Source: Chloroflexota bacterium (lineage in GTDB: Bacteria; Chloroflexota; UBA11872; VXOZ01). Taken from it: a DNA stretch of 64,000 bases. Below the pieces are notes generated by a model. The model worked only from the letters and a program-made list of their open reading frames with translations. It ran no database searches and was not told where the DNA came from. The stretch is from NCBI GenBank assembly GCA_963663275.1, contig OY760183.1:800001-864000 (forward strand), given 5' to 3'. Below are positions 1 to 13,943 of the stretch, piece after piece (the first letter of the stretch is position 1; the number at the start of each line of letters is the position of its first letter). Position numbers and translations under genes: made by a program.

Positions 1-1
1 G

Positions 2-4243
<4,242 letters not shown>

Positions 4244-4406
4244 GCAAAGACGCGCTCCGCGCGCTGAACAGGGGGTGACCGGCCGGAGCGGTCACCCGCC
4301 GAGAAGCCTCCCCAAGGCAAGCCTGGCGCAAGAAGAGGCAAGCCTGGGGAGGTTCTCTTGTGGGTTGCGTGGGCGGGTCGCGGAGAGCGTGATAGGAATG
4401 GTCTCC

Positions 4407-4850
4407 TCAGGAAGAGGGGGCGCTCTCCGCGCCGGCCGGCGTCTCCGCGCGCTGGATGGCGGTGCTGCCTTCTTTGGTGAGGATCATGGCCGCGGTTTCC
4501 AGGTCGATGCCCTGGACCACCACCAGCGCCTGCACGCTGGTATCGGCCACCTCCAGCGGCAGCGGCCGCGGCCGGGTGAGCCGAATGTTGAGAAACGCGC
4601 CGGCCGCGCCGGTCAGGACGGCAATGGGCAGCAGAAACTCGCCCGGCGCCACGAAGACGGCGGTCAGGCCCAAGGCCGCGCCGATCACGCCGCCTTGCGC
4701 CCCGCGCAGCGCGCGCCGGAAGAGAGCGGCGCGCGGTCCGGCGTGGTCTACCTTCAGCATCTCCACGTCGAAACCCTGCGCCGCCAGTTCCTCCACCGCC
4801 TGCAGCGCCGCGTTCCGCGTGTGAAACGAGCCGATAAGTTTGCTTGCCAT
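4407..4850 (-). CDS. Hypothetical membrane protein (two Gly/Ala-rich TM helices; general-stress-protein-like architecture)
   Basis: ATG at 4850 with AGGAG upstream; MASKLIGSFHTRNAALQAVEELAAQGF followed by a GGVIGAALGL hydrophobic hairpin. Confidence 0.65.
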   Translation of the reverse strand: MASKLIGSFHTRNAALQAVEELAAQGFDVEMLKVDHAGPRAALFRRALRGAQGGVIGAALGLTAVFVAPGEFLLPIAVLTGAAGAFLNIRLTRPRPLPLEVADTSVQALVVVQGIDLETAAMILTKEGSTAIQRAETPAGAESAPSS

Positions 4851-4867
4851 CGTGGCACTCCTATTGG

Positions 4868-5065
4868 CTAGCGGGCGCGGCGCATCCATTGCGACACGTG
4901 GTGGGCGGTAGCTTGGATGAACGTGTCGCGGCGCCGCTGCCACTGCCGCAGGCTAACGTTGGGCGGAGGTGTGGTAGCCCGCAGCAGCGCCGCGGTTTCG
5001 CGCAAGGTGTACGCTCCCCCGAAGAGAGCGGCTTCAGGGTGTTCCAGTCTCGCGACTTGCGCCAT
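4868..5065 (-). CDS. Small putative HTH protein (65 aa), possibly an antitoxin-type N-terminal HTH remnant
   Basis: AYTLRETAALL...HVSQWMRR resembles MerR/excisionase-like HTHs; AAAGG upstream of the ATG. Confidence 0.4.
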   Translation of the reverse strand: MAQVARLEHPEAALFGGAYTLRETAALLRATTPPPNVSLRQWQRRRDTFIQATAHHVSQWMRRAR

Positions 5066-5199
5066 GGCGCGCTGCCTTTGTTATGAACGAGAGGGCGTAT
5101 GCAACCGGCGGAGGAATGATGCGAGCGCACGCGGCCCCGCTGCGAAGCGCGCCGCTCTTGCCGCGCCGGTGGTGCGGTTTTGGATGCGTTACGGCGCTC

Positions 5200-5208
5200 T
5201 GGTATAAT
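5200..5208 (+). promoter_or_regulatory. Extended -10 promoter (TGnTATAAT) upstream of EF-G II
   Basis: tggtataat lies ~50 bp before the ATG at 5259. Confidence 0.55.
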
Positions 5209-5258
5209 GCCAAACTTAAGTGCACTATACCTCTTTCTCCAGTAAGGGTACAAACCGT

Positions 5259-7340
5259 ATGAAGGCGTATGCGACGGATTCGATTCGTAATGTCGGGCTC
5301 TTCTCCCACGTCGGCGCGGGCAAGACCTCGCTCGCGGAAGCCATGCTCTTCGCCACCGGCGCCATCAGCCGACTGGGTTCCGTGGATAACGGCAGCACGG
5401 TTTCGGACTACGATCCGGACGAGGTCAAGCGCCAGATATCCATCAACCTTTCGCTGGTTCCCGTGGAGTGGGACGGTGCCAAGCTCAATCTGCTCGACGC
5501 GCCGGGCTACGCCGATTTCTCCGGAGAGGTCGCCAGCGCGCTCCGCGTCGCGGACGGCGCGGTGCTGGTCGTGGACGTAGCCAGCGGCGTGCAGGTCGGC
5601 ACGGAAGAGGCGTGGGAACGCATCACCGCACATGAACTCCCCCGCTTGATCTTCGTCAATCGCATGGACCGGGAGAACGCCGACTACTTCAGCACCGTGG
5701 AAAGCCTGCGCGAGTACTTTGGCAACAGCGTCGCGCCGCTGCACGTTCCCATTGGCGCCGAGGACGACTTCAACGGCGTGGTGGACGTGCTGGCGAACAC
5801 GGCGTACCTCTTCGCCGATAACGCCATGACGGAAGCGCCGGTGCCCGCCGACCTGGAAGATACGGTGGAAGAATACCGCATGACCCTGATCGAAAACGTG
5901 GTGGAACTGGACGACGACCTGACGGAGAAATACCTGGAAGGCGAAGACATTGCGCCGGAAGAGCTTCAGGCCGCGCTGCACGATGGCGTGCGCGCCGGGC
6001 AACTGACGCCGGTGCTCTGCGGCTCGGCGACCCGCAACGTGGGCGTGCAGGCGCTCATGGACGCGCTCGTGCGCTATCTTCCCTCACCGGCCGAGACCGC
6101 GGCGGCCACGGCAACGCAGGCGGGCGCGGAGCAGGAGCTTGCCGCCGACGCCGAAGGGCCGCTGGCGGCGTTCGTCTACAAGACCCTGGCCGACCCCTAC
6201 GTGGGCAAACTCTCGTTCATCCGCGTCTATTCGGGCACGCTGCGCTCGGATTCCCGCGTGTGGAACGCCAATACCGAGAGCGAGGAGCGCATCGGCCAGT
6301 TGCTCTTCGCGCGCGGCCGGGAGCAGGAAAACACGGACCACATCGCCGCCGGCGACATTGGCGCGGTGGCCAAGCTGGCGGAAACGCTCACCAGCCACTC
6401 GCTGAGCGAGCGCAAACAGGCCCTGACGCTGCCGGCCGTGACCTTCCCGCCCTGGCTCTTCACCGCCGCCATCGAACCCACGTCGAAGGAAGACCTGGAG
6501 AAACTCAGCAACGCGCTGGCGCGGGTGACCGAGGAAGACCCCAGCCTGCACGTGGAACGGCAGCAAATCACCGGCCAGACGCTCTTCTCCGGCATCGGGG
6601 AAACCCACATCAACGTGGCGCTGGAACGCATGAAACGCAAGTTCGGCGCGGACGTGAAGACGGTGCCGGTCAAGGTGCCGTACAAGGAGACGATCACCGG
6701 CAGCGCGGCGGCGGAAGGCCGCTTCGTGCGCCAGACCGGCGGCCACGGGCAGTACGCCGTGTGCAACATCGAGATCGAACCGGCGGAGAGAGGCGAAGGC
6801 TTCGAGTTTGTGGACAAGATCTTCGGCGGCGCGATTTCGGCCCCATTCCGCGAGGCGGTGCACAAGGGCATCCGCGAAGCGATGAAAGAGGGCACCCTGG
6901 CCGGCGGCGAGGTGGTGGACCTGCGCGTGAATCTGGTGGACGGCAAGGAACATACGGTCGATTCCTCCGACCTAGCCTTCCAGATCGCCGGTTCCATGGC
7001 CCTGGGTGAAGCCATGGCCAGGGCGAAAGCGGTGCTCCTGGAGCCGGTATTGCAGATGAAGGTGCGCGTGCCGGAAGACCGCATGGGCGACGTGATTGGC
7101 GATCTCACCAGCCGCCGCGCCCGGGTGCACAACATGGACATGATCTCCCCAGGCACGATGGAGGTGGAAGCGGAGGTGCCCCACGCCGAGGTGCTGCGCT
7201 ACGCTACCGATCTGCGCTCCCTCACCCAAGGCCGCGCAACGTTTTCCGCCGAGTTCCTGGGCTATGAACAGGTGCCCGCCAGCACCCAGGAACAGGTGGT
7301 GGAGGCGCATAAGCGCGAGAAGGAAGAAGCCTCGGCGTAA
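5259..7340 (+). CDS. fusA2: Elongation factor G paralogue (EF-G II type)
   Basis: G1 SHVGAGKTS, switch I RQISI (canonical EF-G has RGITI), DAPGYADF, NRMD, RQTGGHGQYA, YATDLRSLTQGRA; located outside the str operon. Confidence 0.9.
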   Translation: MKAYATDSIRNVGLFSHVGAGKTSLAEAMLFATGAISRLGSVDNGSTVSDYDPDEVKRQISINLSLVPVEWDGAKLNLLDAPGYADFSGEVASALRVADGAVLVVDVASGVQVGTEEAWERITAHELPRLIFVNRMDRENADYFSTVESLREYFGNSVAPLHVPIGAEDDFNGVVDVLANTAYLFADNAMTEAPVPADLEDTVEEYRMTLIENVVELDDDLTEKYLEGEDIAPEELQAALHDGVRAGQLTPVLCGSATRNVGVQALMDALVRYLPSPAETAAATATQAGAEQELAADAEGPLAAFVYKTLADPYVGKLSFIRVYSGTLRSDSRVWNANTESEERIGQLLFARGREQENTDHIAAGDIGAVAKLAETLTSHSLSERKQALTLPAVTFPPWLFTAAIEPTSKEDLEKLSNALARVTEEDPSLHVERQQITGQTLFSGIGETHINVALERMKRKFGADVKTVPVKVPYKETITGSAAAEGRFVRQTGGHGQYAVCNIEIEPAERGEGFEFVDKIFGGAISAPFREAVHKGIREAMKEGTLAGGEVVDLRVNLVDGKEHTVDSSDLAFQIAGSMALGEAMARAKAVLLEPVLQMKVRVPEDRMGDVIGDLTSRRARVHNMDMISPGTMEVEAEVPHAEVLRYATDLRSLTQGRATFSAEFLGYEQVPASTQEQVVEAHKREKEEASA

Positions 7341-7386
7341 CACCGCCAAACCCTCCTGGCGCTTCCCCTTCTAAACGCATAGGACA

Positions 7387-7593
7387 CGCGGGAACGGTCC
7401 GGTAGCGCAGGTTTGTAACCTGCGCGGTCGCGGGAACGGCCCGGTAGCGTAGGTTTGCAACCTGCGCGGTCGCGAGGACGGCCCGGCAGCGCAGGTTTTC
7501 AACCTGCGCGGTCGCGGGAACAGTCCGGCAGCGCAGGTCTGCAACCTGCGCGGTCGCGAGGACGGCCCGGCAGCGCAGGTTTTCAACCTGCGC
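7387..7593. repeat. Tandem array of 5 x 42-bp units, each with REP-like palindrome G(T/C)AGCGCAGGTT-NNN-AACCTGCGC
   Basis: Units start at 7387, 7429, 7471, 7513 and 7555; no unique spacers. Confidence 0.9.
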
Positions 7594-7728
7594 CCGTGTG
7601 CATTCCCCGCCCCGTATCGTGTTCTTAGCACACGCTCGGCGGGAATCACGGCTGGCTGCCAGGAGCGTTTGCCAACGGCATTGAAGAACCCCTGAGCCTG
7701 GAGACATTCAACCTTGGGAGGCACGGCT

Positions 7729-8049
7729 ATGAAACCGGTCAACGTCGCACCGCTGCTGTCAGAAGACTCGCTCTTTCGCATCGTCTCCGGCACCGCGCGG
7801 AGCCAGGTCGGCATCCTGATACTTGCGCCCGGCGAGAAGACCGGCGGCCTCCACGCCAGCGACCACCCCCAGTCCGACCAAGTGGTCTACGTCGTCTCCG
7901 GCCGCGGCCAGGCCACCGTGCGCGACCAAACCGCGCCCCTAACCCCCGGCGACGTGCTCACCATCGAAGCCGGCGACCCCCACGAACTCCGCTGCACCGG
8001 CGAGGAGCCACTCCGCACGCTGAACGTGTATGCTCCTGCCGCATATTGA
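7729..8049 (+). CDS. Cupin domain protein
   Basis: HPQSDQVVYVVSGRG and PGDVLTIEAGDPHELR cupin motifs; GGAGG RBS. Confidence 0.85.
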   Translation: MKPVNVAPLLSEDSLFRIVSGTARSQVGILILAPGEKTGGLHASDHPQSDQVVYVVSGRGQATVRDQTAPLTPGDVLTIEAGDPHELRCTGEEPLRTLNVYAPAAY

Positions 8050-8116
8050 AGGGTAAGACCTCGATTGTCCGCTGTTTGCGGTATCCTTGAAGTGTGGTTC
8101 AATGAAGGGGAGTGTC

Positions 8117-9706
8117 ATGCGGGACACCTCAGCGATCATGCGAAGGGTGAAGTCGCGCGACACTGCGCCTGAAATGGCCGTCAGACGAGCGCTCTGGCAG
8201 CAAGGGATACGGTACCGTCTCCACGTCCGCAACCTGCCCGGCAAACCGGACTTGGCGCTGCTCAAGAAGAGGATTGCCATCTTCATTGACGGTGACTTCT
8301 GGCATGGCGGACAATGGCGTAAGCGTAATCTTACGGGCCTGCAAGAGCAGTTCCGCGCCACTCCATCGAAAAGCTATTGGATGAGCAAGATCCGGCGCAA
8401 CATGGAGCGAGACGCCAAGAACACAGCATCTCTGTTGGATGAGGGGTGGACCGTTTTGCGACTATGGGAAAGCGACATCGAGAACGACCTCGCGCAATCA
8501 GTCCAGGCAACCGTGGATCTCTCCCGGAACGGCGTAGAACCGTCGAGCTTGGCGCTACTGCCGCAACGAACGGTCGCTGAGTTCTTTGCGGGCATCGGGT
8601 TGGTACGCTTGGGACTTGAGCGTCAAGGATGGTCGGTCAAGTACGCTAATGACATTGACCCTGACAAGATTGAGATGTACGCTACGCACTTTGCGGGCGA
8701 TGCCGGCTGCCTCCACATGGGCGACGTCCATGAGATCGATCCAGGGACTCTGCCGTCGGTAACACTCGCCACCGCCTCATTCCCGTGCAACGACTTGTCA
8801 CTGGCGGGCGCGAGAAAGGGCCTTGCGGGTAAGCAATCGTCAGCATTTTGGGGATTCGTGCGCGTTCTGGAACAGATGGGAAGCCGGAAACCGCCACTAG
8901 TCCTTATTGAGAATGTGCCCGGCTTCCTCACGTCGCGGCAAGGCGAGGATTTCAGGCAGGCGCTCGCGGCGCTCAATGGACTCGGCTACGCGGTTGACCC
9001 GTTTATCGTAGACGCCGCGCATTTCGTGCCCCAGAGCCGCGCGCGGCTCTTTGTGGTCGGTCAACTATGGGACGAAGGCCGGAAGCAGGAAACGGACGTT
9101 TTCCAAGAAGGGGCCCTTGCCGCTCTGCGGCCAAAGCAGATGCTTGCTTTCATCGCGGCGCATCCTGAAATCACATGGTCTCTGCGTCCGCTACCGACAT
9201 TGCCGCAACGTACGCAGGACCTTGAAGCTATTCTGGAAGACCTGCCGGATGACGCGCCGGAATGGTGGAGCGCGGAGCGGGCAACGTACTTGCTCAACCA
9301 GATGAGCGAGCGTCACCGCGCGACAGCGGAGCGCATGATAGATGATGAACGGTGGTCTTATGGAACGGTATTCCGCCGTGTGCGCTATGGCCGGTCGATG
9401 GCGGAATTGCGCACGGACGGCATTGCCGGCTGCCTGCGGACGCCGCTTGGCGGGAGCGGCCGGCAAATCCTCTTCAAGGCCGGCCACGGGGGCTACTATG
9501 CCCGCTTGCTGACCCCGCGCGAGTGCGCCCGGCTCATGGGAGCGGATGATTTCACCATCGAGGCGCCGCTCAACCAGGCGCTCTACGCCTTTGGGGACGC
9601 GGTGTGCGTGCCGGTGATCGACTGGATTGCGGAACACTACCTGAATCCGATGGTAAATGAGCGCATTCGCGGCTATCCGCTGCGGCTTACTCCGGAGCCA
9701 CGATGA
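8117..9706 (+). CDS. Fusion of very-short-patch repair endonuclease (Vsr) and DNA (cytosine-5) methyltransferase
   Basis: N-terminus MRRVKSRDTAPE...LPGKPD...IFIDGDFWHG...GWTVLRLWESD is Vsr. C-terminus has FFAGIG (motif I), ASFPCNDLS (IV), IENVPG (VI), PQSRARLF (VIII) and AFGDAV (X). Single uninterrupted frame. Confidence 0.9.
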   Translation: MRDTSAIMRRVKSRDTAPEMAVRRALWQQGIRYRLHVRNLPGKPDLALLKKRIAIFIDGDFWHGGQWRKRNLTGLQEQFRATPSKSYWMSKIRRNMERDAKNTASLLDEGWTVLRLWESDIENDLAQSVQATVDLSRNGVEPSSLALLPQRTVAEFFAGIGLVRLGLERQGWSVKYANDIDPDKIEMYATHFAGDAGCLHMGDVHEIDPGTLPSVTLATASFPCNDLSLAGARKGLAGKQSSAFWGFVRVLEQMGSRKPPLVLIENVPGFLTSRQGEDFRQALAALNGLGYAVDPFIVDAAHFVPQSRARLFVVGQLWDEGRKQETDVFQEGALAALRPKQMLAFIAAHPEITWSLRPLPTLPQRTQDLEAILEDLPDDAPEWWSAERATYLLNQMSERHRATAERMIDDERWSYGTVFRRVRYGRSMAELRTDGIAGCLRTPLGGSGRQILFKAGHGGYYARLLTPRECARLMGADDFTIEAPLNQALYAFGDAVCVPVIDWIAEHYLNPMVNERIRGYPLRLTPEPR

Positions 9707-10674
9707 GCGCCAGCGCCGAGCAGGCAGCTCTTACCGCGATCAAAGCATGGCATGACGCGCTGCCCAATTATTCAGGCGGCAAGGCGCGCGGCAGCATCGC
9801 CGCCGCGCTAGTCGTGATCGAGCGCTTGAAAGATAGCTTTGACCTTGACGTAGACGCCCATACCGCAAGAGGCGGCGCGCAGGTCAGCGGCCTTACCCCA
9901 GGCAGGGTCACGGAGATCCTCGCGCGGTTCGATGAAGAGAGACCCTTCTTGCGCGAAGGTGGACGAACCAATCGCGGCGCGCGCGGCGCCGTGGCAAGCC
10001 TGCTCATTGTGCTACGCCCTTTAGCACTGGAAAACCTGCGTAAAACAGAGCGTGAGTGCGTCTTGGAAGCAATGCAGGGGTTCCTCGCGGAGCGCGTTGT
10101 GGAGTATTTTAACCGCCAGCGCTTAGATCCTCCCTACGACCCGGCGGCGAGCACCTGGCAATCAGTCCACGAGATACTGCTGAAGGCCGCGGAAGCGGGC
10201 AAGTCCGGGCCGGTGGCGCAGCATCTGGTGGGCGCGAAACTGCAACTGCGCTTTCCTGACATTGCGGTGGCGAACAACCCCGCCAGCGCCGCCGACCAAC
10301 AGACGGGCCGGGCCGGCGACTTTCAGATTGGCGACACCGCGTTCCACGTCACTGTTGCTCCCACGAGGGACAACCTCTTCGATCGGGTGAAGGAAAACAT
10401 CCGGCAGGGGCTCCGAGTCTACGTCCTGGTTCCTGATGAGAAAGTGATGACCGCGCGGGGATACGCGGAAGAGCAACTTCTCGGCCAAGCGTCGCAGATC
10501 GCGGTGTGCGCGATCGAGTCGTTCGTGGCGCATAACATAGACGAAATTGCTGTGTTCGCCCAGGGTCGGCTGCTGCAAGGATTTCGCGCGCTCTTGGAGA
10601 TGTACAATCAACGCGCGGACGCGGTGGAAACGGATAAGTCCGTACTCATCGACATCCCGGCGATATTGTCCTAG
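9703..10674 (+). CDS. DUF4928-like protein, putative restriction-endonuclease-fold partner of the MTase
   Basis: ATGA overlap with the MTase; EGGRTNRG, GPVAQHLVGAKLQLRFP and ADQQTGRAGDFQIGDTAFHVTVAP motifs. Confidence 0.7.
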   Translation: MSASAEQAALTAIKAWHDALPNYSGGKARGSIAAALVVIERLKDSFDLDVDAHTARGGAQVSGLTPGRVTEILARFDEERPFLREGGRTNRGARGAVASLLIVLRPLALENLRKTERECVLEAMQGFLAERVVEYFNRQRLDPPYDPAASTWQSVHEILLKAAEAGKSGPVAQHLVGAKLQLRFPDIAVANNPASAADQQTGRAGDFQIGDTAFHVTVAPTRDNLFDRVKENIRQGLRVYVLVPDEKVMTARGYAEEQLLGQASQIAVCAIESFVAHNIDEIAVFAQGRLLQGFRALLEMYNQRADAVETDKSVLIDIPAILS

Positions 10675-10720
10675 CAAGTAAGCACTGGATTGCTATCGAT
10701 CCACTTGTCGGAGTAGGAAC

Positions 10721-11410
10721 ATGGCGCCAGACGCTACCGTCAAGCGCATTGTATGCCTTGCCAACTCGCGCAAAGAGGGTGACCGTTGCATCGCCGGCAG
10801 GGAACTGGTGGCGGATGGACGCCCCGGCGGGTGGGTGCGGCCCGTGAGCGACCGCGAGGATGAGGGGGTCAATGAGCGCGAACGGCAGTATGCGGACGGC
10901 GGCGAGCCGGTCGTGCTCGACGTTATCGACGTGCCGCTGCGGGAGGCGCGGCCGAAAGGCTATCAAAAAGAGAATTGGCTGCTCGACCCGCGGCGTCGTT
11001 GGCGGAGAGTGGAGCGGGTCGCGCCGCATGAACTCCGGCGGTTTGCCGACCCTGGTGCGCCGCTCTGGGTCAACGGCCACCACACGCAGCACGGACGGAA
11101 CGATCGGCTGCCGCTGGAACGCGCCCGGTCCCTGCGCAGTTCGCTGCGCTTGGTCGGCGTCGACGCGCTGGAACTCGACGTTTTCGCGCCCAGAGCCGAG
11201 TATGGCGACTTCAAGCGGCGCATCAAGGGACAGTTTCGTCATGCCGGCGCGGAGTACCGGCTCTGGGTCACCGATCCCGCCTACGAAGCGACGTATCTCA
11301 ACCGGCCAAACGCTTCCTATACGCTGGGCGCATGTTACCTGACTGTCAGTCTGGGCGAGCCGTACCAGGGTTACGCCTACAAGCTCATCGCCGCCATCAT
11401 CGAACTCTAG
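10721..11410 (+). CDS. Dual OB-fold-like protein
   Basis: KRIVCLANSRK.GDRCIAG...WVRPVS...ENWLL...VTDP...YLTVSLGEPY.GYAYKLIAAII pattern recognised by eye. Confidence 0.7.
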   Translation: MAPDATVKRIVCLANSRKEGDRCIAGRELVADGRPGGWVRPVSDREDEGVNERERQYADGGEPVVLDVIDVPLREARPKGYQKENWLLDPRRRWRRVERVAPHELRRFADPGAPLWVNGHHTQHGRNDRLPLERARSLRSSLRLVGVDALELDVFAPRAEYGDFKRRIKGQFRHAGAEYRLWVTDPAYEATYLNRPNASYTLGACYLTVSLGEPYQGYAYKLIAAIIEL

Positions 11411-11424
11411 CGGAGAATGCTTAC

Positions 11425-12138
11425 GTGACGACAGCGCGCTATCCGGTGCTCACCATCGGGCACTCCAATCACGAGCCGCAAGCGTTCGTGTCGTTGTTGC
11501 GGACGCACGGCGTGGACGCGATAGTGGACGTGCGCTCCGCGCCGTACAGCCGCTACCTGCCCCACTTCAATAAGGAACACCTGGAGAGGATTTTGCGGGA
11601 AGGCGGCATCCGCTACGCTTTCAAAGGCAAAGAGCTTGGCGGCCAGCCGGCGGATCGCGGCTGCTACGACGCCGACGGGCGCGTTCTGTATGACGCGCTG
11701 GCGGAGACGGACGCTTTCAAAGAGGGTATTGCGTACGTGCTGGAGGCTGCGGCCGCTCAGCCTGCGGCAGGCTCAGACTCCGCAGCCGTTCATCCTTCGA
11801 CAAGCTCAGGACGAACGGGTGCTGGGCGCGATGCGGGACGAACGGCCGCTTCCCCGGCGGGTGGTCTGGCTCTGATGTGCAGCGAGAAGGAGCCGCTGGA
11901 GTGCCACCGCACGCTGCTGATCAGCCGGACGCTGGCCGAGCGTGGCGTGGCCGTGGCCCACGTCCACGCCGACGGTAGCCTGGAAAGCCACGAGGAGGCG
12001 ATGAACCGGCTGCTGGATCTATTCAAGCTGCCGCACCACGGCGACCTCTTTCGCCCCAGGGAAGCGGTGATCGACGACGCGGCGGCGCGCCAGGCGCGGC
12101 GCGTGGGCGCTCGCTGGCGCGAAGACCCCACGTATTGA
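11425..12138 (+). CDS. DUF488 family protein (contains an in-frame palindromic-repeat insertion)
   Basis: TIGHSNH, VDVRSAPYS, ELGG and LMCSEKEPLECHR motifs; GTG start 14 bp after the upstream stop. Confidence 0.85.
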   Translation: MTTARYPVLTIGHSNHEPQAFVSLLRTHGVDAIVDVRSAPYSRYLPHFNKEHLERILREGGIRYAFKGKELGGQPADRGCYDADGRVLYDALAETDAFKEGIAYVLEAAAAQPAAGSDSAAVHPSTSSGRTGAGRDAGRTAASPAGGLALMCSEKEPLECHRTLLISRTLAERGVAVAHVHADGSLESHEEAMNRLLDLFKLPHHGDLFRPREAVIDDAAARQARRVGARWREDPTY

Positions 12139-12256
12139 ACGTGCCGTAACTACTATGTACATAGCGGGCGCAGGCTCCGTCATTCCCGCGCAGGCGGGAA
12201 GCCGGAGCGGACAACACTGAATTCTTCAAGACAGCGTTGACTGGGAGCAGGATCGT

Positions 12257-12730
12257 TTGAAGATACACACCATCGGCTTTACGAAGAAGTCCGCCGCTCA
12301 ATTCTTTGGCTTGCTGCGAGAGTCGGGCGCTAAACGCCTGGTAGACGTGCGCCTGAACAACGCCTCGCAACTGGCGCGCTTTGCCCACGGCGCGGACCTG
12401 CCGTACTTCCTGCAAGAGCTTTGCGGCGCGGAGTACACCCACGCGCCGGACCTCGCGCCCACCAAGGACCTGCTGGACGGCTACCGCAAGGGCGAAATCG
12501 ACTGGGCAACCTACGAGCGTGACTTTCTGGCCCTGCTGGACGCGCGGCGCATCCTCACGGAGGGCATACGGCCTACCGGGGGCCGGCGTATCGTCAAGAG
12601 GCTGCGCGCGGCCATCGTCGATAGTTGCCTGCTGTGCAGCGAGCACGAGCCGGACCACTGCCACCGCCGGCTGGTGGCGGAGTACTTCCAGCGGCACTGG
12701 GGCGACGTTGAAATCGTGCATCTCACGTGA
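12257..12730 (+). CDS. DUF488 family protein (second subtype)
   Basis: TIGFTKKSA, LVDVRLNNASQLA, LAPT and LLCSEHEPDHCHRRLVAEY motifs; TTG start. Confidence 0.85.
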   Translation: MKIHTIGFTKKSAAQFFGLLRESGAKRLVDVRLNNASQLARFAHGADLPYFLQELCGAEYTHAPDLAPTKDLLDGYRKGEIDWATYERDFLALLDARRILTEGIRPTGGRRIVKRLRAAIVDSCLLCSEHEPDHCHRRLVAEYFQRHWGDVEIVHLT

Positions 12731-12747
12731 GAAGAAGACTCTAGACC

Positions 12748-13365
12748 TTGTTTGAATTGCTTCACGACCTGGTAGATTGGGTGCTCGCCTGGGCGGATTC
12801 GCCCTATGGCGGCTTGGCGCTGTTTGTGCTGTCGGCGGCGGAGTCGATCATCTTTCCCGTGCCGCCGGACCCGTTGCTGATCGCGCTGGGCGTGGGCAAG
12901 CCGAGCTTTGCGCTGGTCTTTGCCGCCGTCTGCCTTGCCGGTTCGCTGCTCGGCGCCAGCGTCGGCTACGTGATCGGCATGTGGGGCGGCCGCCCGGTTG
13001 TCGATCGGCTCTTTTCGCAAGACAAGATTGCCTTCGTCGAGCAAAAGTACCAACGCTGGGACGTGTGGGCAATCCTCATTGCCGCGCTCACGCCCATTCC
13101 CTACAAGGTGTTCACGGTCACGGCCGGCATGTTCCGCCTGAACTTTGGCCGCTTCATGCTGGCGTCGCTGCTGGGCCGCGGCGCGCGCTTCTTTGCCGTC
13201 GGCCTGCTCATCGCCCTCTTTGGCGAACCGATTAAGGCCTTCATCGATCAGTACCTCGACATCCTCTTCATCGTCTTCATGATTCTGCTCGTCGGCGGCT
13301 TCTTTGTGATCAGGCTCCTGACACGCGCGGGAAAGGACTCGAAGCCGGATGAGGCCGCGCCATAA
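12748..13365 (+). CDS. DedA/YqaA family membrane protein
   Basis: AESIIFPVPPDPLL, ALTPIPYKVFTVTAG and GRGARFF motifs. Confidence 0.88.
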   Translation: MFELLHDLVDWVLAWADSPYGGLALFVLSAAESIIFPVPPDPLLIALGVGKPSFALVFAAVCLAGSLLGASVGYVIGMWGGRPVVDRLFSQDKIAFVEQKYQRWDVWAILIAALTPIPYKVFTVTAGMFRLNFGRFMLASLLGRGARFFAVGLLIALFGEPIKAFIDQYLDILFIVFMILLVGGFFVIRLLTRAGKDSKPDEAAP

Positions 13366-13495
13366 GCGGTCGCGACACGTGTGTTCCGGCAAAGATTGGT
13401 ACAATTGCCGTTGGACAAACCGATGGCATATTGTAGGGCCATGAACCGGAGAATAGCGATGGGAGAGACACTCCTTGCCTTCAATCCCGCTAAGC

Positions 13496-13830
13496 GTAGC
13501 GCGGGGGCTTGTCTGTCGCGCGAGTCGTTCCGGTAGGGGCGGTTCGCGAACCGCCCCTACCTGCGTGCAGCGGGATACGTTGTGGCGGGGACGGTTCGCG
13601 AACCGCCCCTACCCGGTCGAATTGCCGCTAGCGTGGGAATGACCATGGCTTTGCCTGGGCCACATGGAAGGCTAAGAAATGGCGGCTGACATCCCAACGG
13701 TTACGCCGGCGCAACTGTAGCGCGGGGGCTTGTCCCCCGCCTCTGGATTTCCGTTCGCGCTTGCATGGCGGCAGCGGACGCAGGTTACGAACCTACGCTG
13801 CCTGCGCAGGTTACAAACCTACGCTACCGG
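13496..13830. repeat. Mosaic REP cluster (families A GTAGCGCGGGGGCTTGTCCCCCGC, B GTAGCGCAGGTT-N3-AACCTGCG, C GTAGGGGCGGTTCGCGAACCGCCCCTAC)
   Basis: C at 13533-13560 and ~13585-13612; A at 13717-13740; B at ~13778-13826. Confidence 0.85.
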
Positions 13831-13943
13831 AACGGAACCGCCTGAATCAGCTAATCTTAATAGCAAGACGATAGCGGACACGCCCCGTTCTCATGGGGAA
13901 ACGACTCTTGCGAGAAGACGATGAGCAGCGAGCATTCTTGATC

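Noticed and set aside
5259-7340. TetM/TetO-like ribosomal protection protein
   Set aside because: Length and domain IV/V motifs fit an EF-G II paralogue.
7387-7593. Possible CRISPR array (palindromic repeats at regular spacing)
   Set aside because: The inter-palindrome segments are near-identical rather than unique spacers, the palindrome is a dispersed REP family, and no cas genes are present.
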